Shown: positions 1-9,380 of the stretch, in pieces
How positions within the stretch are numbered: the stretch's first letter is position 1
Layout of the letters: each line of letters begins with the position of its first letter
IMG/VR virus record: IMGVR_UViG_3300029787_000045
Span: 1 to 57,842 of that record
Origin: a virus
Lineage: Duplodnaviria; Caudoviricetes
Length of the DNA stretch: 57,842 nt
Strand: one strand, 5' to 3'
The notes under the pieces: generated by a model
What the model was told of the DNA's origin: nothing
Database searches by the model: none
The model's input: only the letters and a program-made list of their open reading frames with translations
Position numbers and translations under genes: made by a program

Positions 1-152
1 AGCATTAGATAAAGCTCTTAGCCCAAAATCTTCTACTCAAGAAGTAACACCTATAAATCTTAGGGATACTAATGATTTATCTAACGCAAGCGTAGATGAT
101 TTAATAGCATTAGATAAAGCTCTTAGCCCAAAATCTTCTACTCAAGAAGTAA
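1..152 (+). repeat. 105-bp (35-aa) in-frame tandem repeat; further copies at ~57702-57842
   Basis: AGCATTAGATAAAGCTCTTAGCCC starts at 1 and at 106. 57745-57842 is identical to 4-101. Confidence 0.95.
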
Positions 153-3100
153 CTCAGCCTACAACAGTAAGTACAAATCCTAATGTACCAGATCAAGAAT
201 TTGATATGGATGATTTGGATAGTAAGAAGGATTGGCTACAACAAGCTCGTACAATTTATAACTACGAGAATAAAAATAAAAAGTTTAAAGGTTCTAATAA
301 ACAACTTTCAGATTGGTTTAAAGATCGCCACTCATCTTTAGCTAATAACTTAACTAACTTAGGTAAAACTGCTTACGATACATCTAATATGTCTGATGAT
401 GTTAAGAAAGCTTGGGCACAATCATTAGATACTTATGATAAAACTAATAGTGATTTTGGTACTTTTTTAAGAGCAGTAGCTAATACTTTTGCTGATCCTC
501 TAACATATGCAGGACTAGCTGGTACAGCTGGTCTTGGTGTTGTAGCTAAAGTTGCAGGTAAAGGATTAGCAAAAAAAGGATTAAAAGAATTACTTGGTCG
601 CTTTGATTTTAAAAAACAACTTAATGATGCGATAGCTAGTCAAACAACCAAAAAAACTGCGGAAGAGTTTGCCAAGACAGGCACAGCTAAAGGAGTTACA
701 AAAGAAGTTTTAAAGAAAGCTAGAAAAGAAGCTGCAATAAATATAGGTAAGAATCAAACAGTAACAGGTTTTGGTGCAGGTGCTGGTTGGGGTGGAGGCT
801 TTTCAGGAGCAAGAGAAGCTTTAGAAGTAGGTATTGATAAAAAAGATGAAGTTGATTTACTTAATATTGCTATAGGTACACTAGGGGGTGGTGTCTTAGG
901 TGGTGTTGCAGGTAGATATCTACCTAGAGGTACAGAAAAAATAGGACGTAGCCGAGCATTAGGTAAAGTAACTGAAGAAGATGCTCTAATTCCTAAACAA
1001 AAAAAAGTTATTAATGAAGAAAATATTGTTAAGCCATTTAATGATAGTCAGTTTGAAAATAATGTACGAGAACGTGCCCTCTATAATCAACAAGAGTTAG
1101 AACTTAATGGAACTATTAATATTAATATTCCTAAAGGTAATCTAACAAATGACAATATCAAAGTACTGAAAGAAATTTATGGTCAAGAAGGAATAGATAT
1201 AAGACAAGTAGGTAATAGCAAGAATCAATTTACAGGTACAAAACATACAGAAAAAACTATAAGACCAGTTACTTTATCAGAAGGAAGAATCAAAACACAA
1301 AAAATTCTTGCTAGCTTTAAAGGTAATTTTTATGATGATAGTGGTTTGGGCCAGTCATTTAAAGATGCTCAGACAAGAAGAGGAAATATTAATAGAACTA
1401 TTGAAAGAAATATTGAAAAAACTTCTCGAAGTTTAGAGAAAGCTATTTTAAAAAATTATAAAATTAAAAGTTTTAAAGACTTAGGAAATGATGAACTACC
1501 TCTTATAAATAATGCTATGAATGGTGATGCAGATGCAATAGAAACTTTATCTTCCAGAGGATTTACTGATGTTGTAAAACAAACACAACAGATGCGAAAA
1601 AATATTGATGACTTGCAAGAAGACTTGTTAAACAGCGGTGTTATTGATAAAACTTCTACAGCAGGTAAAGAGTTAGTAACTAAAATTAATAAATCTAGGG
1701 ATGGTACTGACAGTACATTATATGTAACAAGACAGTATGAAAGTTTTGATAATCCTAATTGGAAAACTGATCTTCCAAAAAAAGATGGTGGTCAAAAAAT
1801 AATAAATGACGCTACTGAATTAATTCATAGTCAACGTATACAAGGTTATCAAAATTGGTTAAGAAAACAAAACAAAGAAAATAAAATTCAGTATGATAAA
1901 GATATGGCTGAATGGGTAAATGGTGGTCAAGTAGGTACTCCACCTAATAAACCAAGGATTATTAAATTAACAAATGCTAAAACTGCAGAGTTATGGGAAA
2001 AGTCTGTAAAAGATATAGATGAAATTTTAACTCAAAAAAATAGTGGTGATTTATTAAATGTTCTAAATAAAAAAGATAAGCAAAGCATTATTAAACAGGC
2101 TAAAATATTAACTAGACGGCAAGACATCCCTAAACAAATTAGATTGTTATTGGGAGAATACGATGATCCTTTTACAAACTATGCTAATACAGTTAAAAAT
2201 TTATTTACTACTATAGAAACATTTAAGTATGAAGAAGAAATTGCTAGACTAATAGATATTGGTGAATTACAAGGAGCAGCTAAATATGCAGACGCTGTTC
2301 CTGAAATGGATACACCTTTAACAACTAAACTACCAACAAAATCAGGAGATCAAACAACCTTAGAGAATAGACTTAAACAACTAAAAGAAGAAAAAGAACA
2401 ATTTAATATGTCTCAAGATGAATATGAGATAAGAGACAAATTAATAAGGGAAGAATTTGACAAACCCGGAATTAATAAACCACTTAAAGGTTACAGAGCT
2501 TACCCTGAAGTTGCTCAAGCTATTCAAATGAATAATGAATTACAGCCAGTAGCAAGTGCGGCTTGGCAAAACTGGTTCTTAACTCCTCAAGCTTATACTA
2601 GAGCAGCTAAAACTGTCTACAGTCCTTCAGCAATAGCACGAAACTTCTTAGGTTCTAGTATGATGGCTTTAGGTGCAGGATATATGCGTCCTTCTAAAGT
2701 AAGGGGAATGATAGATATTTCTAAAGCCTTAACACAAAAAGAAAATATTATTTCTGGAGATGTGCCTAATGAAGAAATAGAAAAAATGATGGTTAGAGGA
2801 TTAGCTTTAGGGACTACACAAAGCGGTACAGATTTTAATGCTTTAAAAGGTGCGTTAGCAGAAGCAGGTAATAAAGATTACTTTAATTTTCAATCACCTG
2901 TATATAAAGGTACAAACGAATTAAAGAAACGTGCAAAAAAATACAATACAAGTGCTGTTAAACTCTATCAAGCAATGGATGATGTTTGGAAAGAATTTGC
3001 TTTCTTAAATGAAAGAGATATGCAACGCCAAACTTTACTTGATAAAGGAATTGATCCTAATGAAATAGTAAGAACGCTTCGTACAGATAAAGGGACACCA

Positions 3101-5353
3101 GTACCTATAACAAGACTAGACGTAGAGGCTGCTAAACTTGTAGGTGATCATATGCAGAATTATGCAAATGTTCCTAGAATTATAAAAATGTCTCGAAGAT
3201 TACCTTTCGCTGACTTCTTAGCATTTAAAACGGAGATGGCTAGGACATCTAAAAATATTATAAAGAATGCTTATAATGATATTAAAGATGGTAACGAATT
3301 AATGTCAAAAGGTGAAAAAGCTTTTGATATAGATGGTAAAGAAACAGGTCTTTTAAAAGGACAGCATCAGAGAAGTGAAGGAATGAAAAGAATGGGAGCA
3401 ATAGTATCTACTATAAGCTTTGTTCCAGCATTGGCAGCAACTTCTGCTTATATAATGGGTATGGAAGAACCTGTAGAAGATACAGGCTATACTAAAGCAG
3501 AAGGTATAGAAAGAATTATGAGTACTGATTATAATAAAGGAAGTAATTATCTTAATTTTGGTACAGATCAAAATGGAAAAGGTCGTAGAATTAATTTAAG
3601 TTATATTAATCCTTGGGCTGCTGGTAGTGATATGATTACAGCAGCAGTCAGAGCCGCTAGTGAAGGACGCAATATTGATTCTGCTATGTCCAAGGCGGCT
3701 ACTGAAGGTATTATAGCTCCGCTTCGGGATACATTCTCAATATCTATGTTAGGTTCACTTGTAAAAAATATATATGAAAACAAAAATGAATATGGAGAAA
3801 AATTATTTGATAATAAAGATAATAGTTTAGATTATCTTAAAACAACAGTGGCTGAAATTTATAAAGCATTTGAACCGGGTGGTATTAAATCAGCTAGAGA
3901 TATATTTACAGCTGCTGATTTATCTAAACCAGAAGGAGTAAAACGTCCTAAAGATTTAGTTGGAATGGAGGGGTTTGATGCAGAGCCTTCACTAATTGAT
4001 AGATATGGTATTAAGAAAGGTAAAACAGGAACTAAAAAATATTTACAAGACCAAATTACAGGATTAGCTGGTATTAAACCAGAAGCCTATGATCTTAATA
4101 CAATATTTCCATTAAAACTTAAATCAATTGAAAGAAAGAATAGAGATACTATTAATAGCTTTAAAGATGTATATCAAAATAGAGGGATAACAACTGTACA
4201 AGAACTTGTAGATGGTTATAGAAAATCATTAGAAGATAGCTATAGTTATGCTAAAGATGCTCATGATTTAGTACAACAGTATAAGGCTGCTGCATCTAAA
4301 GAAAATGCAAAGGGTAAAATAGTAGCACCTAATTCTGGTGATATAAATAGAGTCATAACTAGAAGCGGTTTATTTAAAGAAAGAATGGATAAGAATTTAT
4401 TTATTAGAATAAGTTCAGGTAAGTATTTTCCAAAAAAACCTAATTTAAAAGATATAATAAAATGGGCAAAAGATACTAAAAAAGAAACAGGTTTTAGACC
4501 ACCTGTTAATGAAGCTTTTGGTCTAATAATGCAGCTATATGGACAATATCAAGGTGAATCTTTAAATCCACAAGAAAGAAAAAATGGAGGTCTGGTAAAA
4601 ATGGCTGAAGGTGGTTCTATTATGGATAGTTTATTAGATATGCTTAATCCTATATCTAAAGCAAACGTAGGTGAAGAAGAAGCTTTAAAAATTTATTTAG
4701 GACAATCACAGTCTCCAAAGCCTGTAGAGTTTGAACCAGTACTACCTAATGTCATACCTGAAGTTGAAGATCGTAGTCGTACTGCACCACTGCCTCCAAA
4801 AAAACCACCTACACTAATTGATTCTAAGACTATTATGTTTAATCATGTTATAGAAAGATTAAAGCCTGACGATCAAGAGAAAGCTTATAGAAATTTAGAA
4901 AAGTTTGCAGAACTAACTAGAAATGCAGAAAGTAGTAACAATTATAAAGCAGTAAATATACCTGTTAATGCAGATGATATAACTAGTCAGATGGGATGGG
5001 GTAAGGAAGCTACTACTGCAAAGGGAGCTTATCAGTTTGTAGATGGTTCAATAGTTCCAGCACTCAATAGATTAAAAAGATTAATTGGTGAACAACCTTG
5101 GATGACTGACTTGAGAAAAAGCAATGACATTTTTTCATTAACAAATAGACAGCAAGACTTACTTTTTTTTGGAGATATGTTTGAAAAAACAGTAGATGGA
5201 ACAAAAGGTCTAGGGGATAAGCTTCTTAAAAAAATTATGAAAGGTGATAAGAATGCTATGTTTCAAATGTACAAAAAAGCACATCATACAGGTGAGCTAC
5301 CACCAGAAGCTTTAAAGAATGCACGAAGAAATTTTTTAGAAGGAAATAAATAA
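2..5353 (+). CDS. Very large internal virion/ejection protein with C-terminal lysozyme-like (lytic transglycosylase-type) domain; 5' part continues from 57686 across the contig junction
   Basis: Frame is open from nt 2 and in frame with the 206 ORF. C-terminal AESSNNYKAVN...TTAKGAYQF resembles lysozyme-fold motifs. Last gene of the ejection block, before the lysis genes. Confidence 0.7.
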   Translation, partial: ALDKALSPKSSTQEVTPINLRDTNDLSNASVDDLIALDKALSPKSSTQEVTQPTTVSTNPNVPDQEFDMDDLDSKKDWLQQARTIYNYENKNKKFKGSNKQLSDWFKDRHSSLANNLTNLGKTAYDTSNMSDDVKKAWAQSLDTYDKTNSDFGTFLRAVANTFADPLTYAGLAGTAGLGVVAKVAGKGLAKKGLKELLGRFDFKKQLNDAIASQTTKKTAEEFAKTGTAKGVTKEVLKKARKEAAINIGKNQTVTGFGAGAGWGGGFSGAREALEVGIDKKDEVDLLNIAIGTLGGGVLGGVAGRYLPRGTEKIGRSRALGKVTEEDALIPKQKKVINEENIVKPFNDSQFENNVRERALYNQQELELNGTININIPKGNLTNDNIKVLKEIYGQEGIDIRQVGNSKNQFTGTKHTEKTIRPVTLSEGRIKTQKILASFKGNFYDDSGLGQSFKDAQTRRGNINRTIERNIEKTSRSLEKAILKNYKIKSFKDLGNDELPLINNAMNGDADAIETLSSRGFTDVVKQTQQMRKNIDDLQEDLLNSGVIDKTSTAGKELVTKINKSRDGTDSTLYVTRQYESFDNPNWKTDLPKKDGGQKIINDATELIHSQRIQGYQNWLRKQNKENKIQYDKDMAEWVNGGQVGTPPNKPRIIKLTNAKTAELWEKSVKDIDEILTQKNSGDLLNVLNKKDKQSIIKQAKILTRRQDIPKQIRLLLGEYDDPFTNYANTVKNLFTTIETFKYEEEIARLIDIGELQGAAKYADAVPEMDTPLTTKLPTKSGDQTTLENRLKQLKEEKEQFNMSQDEYEIRDKLIREEFDKPGINKPLKGYRAYPEVAQAIQMNNELQPVASAAWQNWFLTPQAYTRAAKTVYSPSAIARNFLGSSMMALGAGYMRPSKVRGMIDISKALTQKENIISGDVPNEEIEKMMVRGLALGTTQSGTDFNALKGALAEAGNKDYFNFQSPVYKGTNELKKRAKKYNTSAVKLYQAMDDVWKEFAFLNERDMQRQTLLDKGIDPNEIVRTLRTDKGTPVPITRLDVEAAKLVGDHMQNYANVPRIIKMSRRLPFADFLAFKTEMARTSKNIIKNAYNDIKDGNELMSKGEKAFDIDGKETGLLKGQHQRSEGMKRMGAIVSTISFVPALAATSAYIMGMEEPVEDTGYTKAEGIERIMSTDYNKGSNYLNFGTDQNGKGRRINLSYINPWAAGSDMITAAVRAASEGRNIDSAMSKAATEGIIAPLRDTFSISMLGSLVKNIYENKNEYGEKLFDNKDNSLDYLKTTVAEIYKAFEPGGIKSARDIFTAADLSKPEGVKRPKDLVGMEGFDAEPSLIDRYGIKKGKTGTKKYLQDQITGLAGIKPEAYDLNTIFPLKLKSIERKNRDTINSFKDVYQNRGITTVQELVDGYRKSLEDSYSYAKDAHDLVQQYKAAASKENAKGKIVAPNSGDINRVITRSGLFKERMDKNLFIRISSGKYFPKKPNLKDIIKWAKDTKKETGFRPPVNEAFGLIMQLYGQYQGESLNPQERKNGGLVKMAEGGSIMDSLLDMLNPISKANVGEEEALKIYLGQSQSPKPVEFEPVLPNVIPEVEDRSRTAPLPPKKPPTLIDSKTIMFNHVIERLKPDDQEKAYRNLEKFAELTRNAESSNNYKAVNIPVNADDITSQMGWGKEATTAKGAYQFVDGSIVPALNRLKRLIGEQPWMTDLRKSNDIFSLTNRQQDLLFFGDMFEKTVDGTKGLGDKLLKKIMKGDKNAMFQMYKKAHHTGELPPEALKNARRNFLEGNK

Positions 5354-5601
5354 TGGATGCCTCTGTAAGTATGATATGGAATGCTGTACTAAGTCTAGCC
5401 TGTGGCTCTTTTATATGGTGGGTCAGAGGTGTCAATATTAAGATAGATGACAACCGTAAGCTACTCAGTAGAACTAGAGAAGATATAGCTAGAGAGTACG
5501 CTTTAAAAAGTGATGTAGAGAGAGACTTAAAACAGATCATGGATCGCTTTGATCGTGTAGAAATTAAACTAGATAACTTAATGGAGAGAATACTAAAGTA
5601 A
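5353..5601 (+). CDS. Small membrane protein, holin/antiholin candidate
   Basis: N-terminal hydrophobic helix plus coiled-coil tail, directly upstream of the endolysin. Confidence 0.5.
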   Translation: MDASVSMIWNAVLSLACGSFIWWVRGVNIKIDDNRKLLSRTREDIAREYALKSDVERDLKQIMDRFDRVEIKLDNLMERILK

Positions 5602-5987
5602 TGTCTATCAACTCAGAATATTTTACAGAGAAAGAACTTTGCTGTAAAGGCACTGGAGAGTGTAACATGGATGATAACTTCATGTTGAAACTAGAAGAAC
5701 TAAGAAAAAAATATAACACTCCTATGATTATTACATCTGGTTATAGACATCCTGCACATAACATAGCTATAGGTGGAAGTAGATACTCAGCACACATTAA
5801 AGGCAGGGCTGTAGATGTACAAGTAATAGGTAAAGATGCCCTACGGCTAATGCGATTAGCATTGGAGTGTGGCATGACAGGCATTGGTGTAGCTCAAAGA
5901 GGTCCACATAATAAAAGATTTATACACCTAGATGATTTAGAAGATACTTATGAAAACCCTAGACCTTGGGTTTGGAGTTACAAATAA
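5601..5987 (+). CDS. Peptidase M15A family endolysin
   Basis: ITSGYRHPAHN, SAHIKGRAVD and FIHLD zinc-peptidase motifs. Confidence 0.88.
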   Translation: MSINSEYFTEKELCCKGTGECNMDDNFMLKLEELRKKYNTPMIITSGYRHPAHNIAIGGSRYSAHIKGRAVDVQVIGKDALRLMRLALECGMTGIGVAQRGPHNKRFIHLDDLEDTYENPRPWVWSYK

Positions 5988-5996
5988 GGGGATGCT

Positions 5997-6509
5997 ATGC
6001 GAAATATTTTATATATACTGCTTCTAGTATTTTGCTTTACTACTGTAGGGTATGCAGCAGACACTAATACTGTAACTTCTACGGTAGTATCTACTGACAA
6101 GACGCCGCCCACTGCTTCTTCACCCTCCATAGTAGTTAACAATACTGATGTATGTAAGAGTGCTATGAGTTCAGCAATACAGACTCAGATATTTGGTTTC
6201 TCATCTGGTATTACAATTTCAGATATTACGTGTGAGCTACTTAAATTAAGCCGTACTCTGTATGGGATGGGCATGAAAGTTGCAGGGGTTAGTCTTCTAT
6301 GCTCAGATAAAAGAGTATTTGATGCTATGTGGATGGCTGGTACTCCCTGCCCCTATAAGGGTAAGATAGGCAATGAAGCAAAGATAGCATGGGTAGCTAA
6401 CCCAAAGGATGCTCCAGAAGGTAACAGTATCTTAATCATAAAAGAAAAAGTTGAGGACTACTCTTCAAATACAGAAGATGATTATCCTATTGATCCAGAA
6501 GATAACTAG
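5997..6509 (+). CDS. Exported Cys-containing hypothetical protein
   Basis: Signal-peptide-like N-terminus (MRNILYILLLVFCFTTVGYA), four mature Cys, GGGGA RBS. Confidence 0.6.
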   Translation: MRNILYILLLVFCFTTVGYAADTNTVTSTVVSTDKTPPTASSPSIVVNNTDVCKSAMSSAIQTQIFGFSSGITISDITCELLKLSRTLYGMGMKVAGVSLLCSDKRVFDAMWMAGTPCPYKGKIGNEAKIAWVANPKDAPEGNSILIIKEKVEDYSSNTEDDYPIDPEDN

Positions 6510-6513
6510 TCTA

Positions 6514-7872
6514 ATGACTAAGTGGTTTCTTATACTAGGCTTGTGTTTATTTTCTTTAAAAGCTTACACAGAAAATTTAGATACAGAGACTACCTCTAAT
6601 TACCTACCTAATATGAGTGACTTTACTACATCTGGTGGTACAAATACAGGAGGCGGTAGAGGTTGTTCTTCTGGTAATTTTTGTACAGCAGGTAAACAAG
6701 GTCCGGGTGGTACTTATACTAGTACATTTGATTTTAAAAATAATATGACTACAGATCAAATTAATAAAGGATTTGATATAAATTATGGTGTAGATGTTAA
6801 ATCACATCCAAGCAACTCTGTCTTACCATCATGTGTTGATGGCAACACTATGCAAAACTCTGACTGTAGGGATATATTTAATCTTACAGTTACACTGTTA
6901 GATTCAATCAGTGTCGTACATAAATTTGAACATGAAGTAGAGTTAGATTTTACAGGTCTACGATCCTTTTCATTTTCTCAAACAATACCAGAAAATAATT
7001 TTATAGATTTACAGGGACAGTTTGAACTCTTTGGTATAGATGCGGGATTCCCAAATTCATTTTTTGGCCCTAGTTTTTCAAATCCATTTCTTACTTCAAC
7101 CTTTAATCTTATTAGTCACCTAGAATCAGAAGTACTTAATATTATTGATTCGCAAGAAAATATCCAGACTGTAGAAGTACAAGATATTGCAATTCAATCT
7201 GTACAAGAGCAACAACTATCTGCTGTAACTACAATAGAAGAAATTGAAACTATAGAATTAAACAGTGTATCAGTTGAACCTGTAGAAACAACTATAGTAG
7301 AAGCACAGCAAGAAGTAGAGGTAGAGGTACAACAGGAAATACAAGTAGCTACTGTAGTTACAGTAGAAGAAATTCAAAATGTAGACTTAGACAGTGTATT
7401 AGTTGAGCCTGTAGAAACAACCACAGTAGAAGAAGTAGAAGTACAGCAAGAAGTAGAGGTAGAGGTACAGCAAGAAGTAGAGGTAGAGGTTAGCGAACCA
7501 CAACCGGAACCTGAGACAACAAGAGAGGATGTCTCTGAACCTGAAGAACAACCAAAAACAAAAGCTGAAGTTAAGAAGTCTGTTGCTCAGAAGGTACGTA
7601 ATAAAGTTGTAAAGAAAATTATGAATAGGATGGGTGATAAGGGTAAGTATGACTCAACTAATCAGGTAAGAACACTGGCTGTGATGGGCATCCTTGGTAG
7701 TAGTAAAAATTTCTTTGATACACAAATAACTTTACAAGATACTCCCGGTTTCTTTAGTGGAGTAAGACTAGATGATGGTTCAATACAGACAAATAACGTA
7801 GCTCAATATTTAATGTTTGGAGGTAGTAATCAAATGCACTCACAAATGGTAGACAGTCAATGGCAGAAATAG
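6514..7872 (+). CDS. Exported protein with beta-rich domain, Glu/Val-rich repeat stalk and basic C-terminal domain
   Basis: Likely start MTKWFLILGLCLFSL at 6514. QQEVEVEV and SVxVEPVETT repeats at ~7260-7490. Confidence 0.6.
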   Translation: MTKWFLILGLCLFSLKAYTENLDTETTSNYLPNMSDFTTSGGTNTGGGRGCSSGNFCTAGKQGPGGTYTSTFDFKNNMTTDQINKGFDINYGVDVKSHPSNSVLPSCVDGNTMQNSDCRDIFNLTVTLLDSISVVHKFEHEVELDFTGLRSFSFSQTIPENNFIDLQGQFELFGIDAGFPNSFFGPSFSNPFLTSTFNLISHLESEVLNIIDSQENIQTVEVQDIAIQSVQEQQLSAVTTIEEIETIELNSVSVEPVETTIVEAQQEVEVEVQQEIQVATVVTVEEIQNVDLDSVLVEPVETTTVEEVEVQQEVEVEVQQEVEVEVSEPQPEPETTREDVSEPEEQPKTKAEVKKSVAQKVRNKVVKKIMNRMGDKGKYDSTNQVRTLAVMGILGSSKNFFDTQITLQDTPGFFSGVRLDDGSIQTNNVAQYLMFGGSNQMHSQMVDSQWQK

Positions 7873-8381
7873 AATACAAAGGCATAAAGCTAGGAGGTAG
7901 TAAGCTGCTTCTTCTGGTGCCACTATTGGGGACAATTGGCAGTGGACTTTTTTTTGGCTTTGAATTTTATAAAGACTACATGAACATGCGCTCTAAAATA
8001 GAAAAGTATGTTAAGCCTGACCTGTCAGGTATAGATAAGAAGCTTGCTGTATTACATAAAGAAATGATTGGTCTAAAGAAATCTTCTGATGAAGCTAGAG
8101 ATTACTCAAGAGATATTAAAAATGATCTCAAGCAGGACATCGTAAGAATAGAACGCCTAATAGATGCCACTGAAAAAAGAACTAAGAACGTGCAGGATTC
8201 TGTTCGCTCTATGATTGACAAAGAGAATGATCGTAATAGTACACTAAGGGATAGGATCAACTCTCGTATGGATAGTCTTGATGATTCACTACAAAATAAA
8301 ATGAAAACTCTAACAGAGAAGGTTGAATTAAATATCAAGAACGCATTGGAGAATCCTCTTAGTAAAATGAGAAAAAAATAG
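7860..8381 (+). CDS. Membrane-anchored coiled-coil protein (spanin-like topology)
   Basis: One N-terminal TM segment followed by a long charged helical region. Confidence 0.5.
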   Translation: MAEIEYKGIKLGGSKLLLLVPLLGTIGSGLFFGFEFYKDYMNMRSKIEKYVKPDLSGIDKKLAVLHKEMIGLKKSSDEARDYSRDIKNDLKQDIVRIERLIDATEKRTKNVQDSVRSMIDKENDRNSTLRDRINSRMDSLDDSLQNKMKTLTEKVELNIKNALENPLSKMRKK

Positions 8382-8465
8382 GCCCGTAGAGCCTCACTGA
8401 GTAGCCTTCTAGGGTAGTTTGTAACCTGTCCTACCCCAGAGGTACCAATGTTGCTGTACGGGCCT
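8380..8465. terminator. Long imperfect stem-loop between the convergent arms, candidate bidirectional terminator
   Basis: AGGCCCGTA(8380)/TACGGGCCT(8465) outer stem and GGGTAG/CTACCC inner stem, between convergent stop codons. No clean U-tract. Confidence 0.45.
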
Positions 8466-8486
8466 TCTACCCCACCTAGCGTTGAT

Positions 8487-8960
8487 TTAGTCTATTTCAG
8501 TGGTATCTTCCTTCTCTTCTACCACCTCTATAGCTTCTTCTTCTTCATCCTCCATGAAATCACACTTGTTTAGTAGGGTATATACTTTATCTGGACCCAG
8601 TATATTTAAACATTGTACTATACCTTCATCCAAAGACTTCTCATCAATCCCTCCATCCATGTCAGAGTTATTACCTCTAATCCTAGACAATAACTCAAGA
8701 GCTTTTAATGCACTATTTGTATGACCGTTGGCTCTTGCAAATGTATATTGATTCTCGATCTCTTCAATAACATCTACATTAGTTACGAGTTCATTCTCTA
8801 GTTCTCTTACTCTTTCTGCAACCTCTTCATTATTGATAAGCCTGTAGCCTTGGTTGGCTGCTGACGCTGCTGAGTATCCTGCTACTTTTGCTGCTTCAGT
8901 TGCATTCCTATGCAGGATATATGACTGAGCAAACTTTTCCTGTTTTTCATTAAGAGCCAT
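8487..8960 (-). CDS. terS: Terminase small subunit
   Basis: LNEKQEKFAQSY..NATEAAKVAGYS..A...G.RL HTH signature and KALELL, typical of the Terminase_2 family. Confidence 0.8.
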   Translation of the reverse strand: MALNEKQEKFAQSYILHRNATEAAKVAGYSAASAANQGYRLINNEEVAERVRELENELVTNVDVIEEIENQYTFARANGHTNSALKALELLSRIRGNNSDMDGGIDEKSLDEGIVQCLNILGPDKVYTLLNKCDFMEDEEEEAIEVVEEKEDTTEID

Positions 8961-8972
8961 ATGTGAACTAAC

Positions 8973-9380
8973 TTAATTATGCTTCATGTTATTTCTTTGT
9001 GTACCATTCTTTTTCTCAAAAGTACGCATACCACCAAGACCTAAGAGAGCAAGTGTTAGTGACATTAATCCTTCAGTTTCAATATTAGGTAGCACTATAG
9101 ATTGACCGCTGACAGCCATAAACCATAATGCTACTGGTAGAAAAACAAACTGCCAAGCTAAACCAAAAGCACATATCCACATGATAGCAGGTCTTGCCCC
9201 TGCAATAAAAATTGAAGGATGTTTAGCCTGTTCTTTATTCACTTCTATTTGAGCAAGGTTTGCATCTGAGTATGCTTTACGCAACTCAAAGTCTAACTTA
9301 GTTTTTAAATCTTTATCCTCAATAAATTTATCAAGAATTTTACCTGTTACTCCAATAACTGAATCTGCAATTCCTAACAT
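8973..9380 (-). CDS. GTA-type 3TM holin
   Basis: LDKFIEDKD, AQIEVNKEQAKH.S.F.AG.RP..W and LLGLGGMRTFEK motifs. Confidence 0.8.
   Translation of the reverse strand: MLGIADSVIGVTGKILDKFIEDKDLKTKLDFELRKAYSDANLAQIEVNKEQAKHPSIFIAGARPAIMWICAFGLAWQFVFLPVALWFMAVSGQSIVLPNIETEGLMSLTLALLGLGGMRTFEKKNGTQRNNMKHN

Noticed and set aside
206-5353. N4-like virion RNA polymerase
   Set aside because: About half the size of N4 vRNAP and I recognise no polymerase motifs; not fully excluded without structure prediction.
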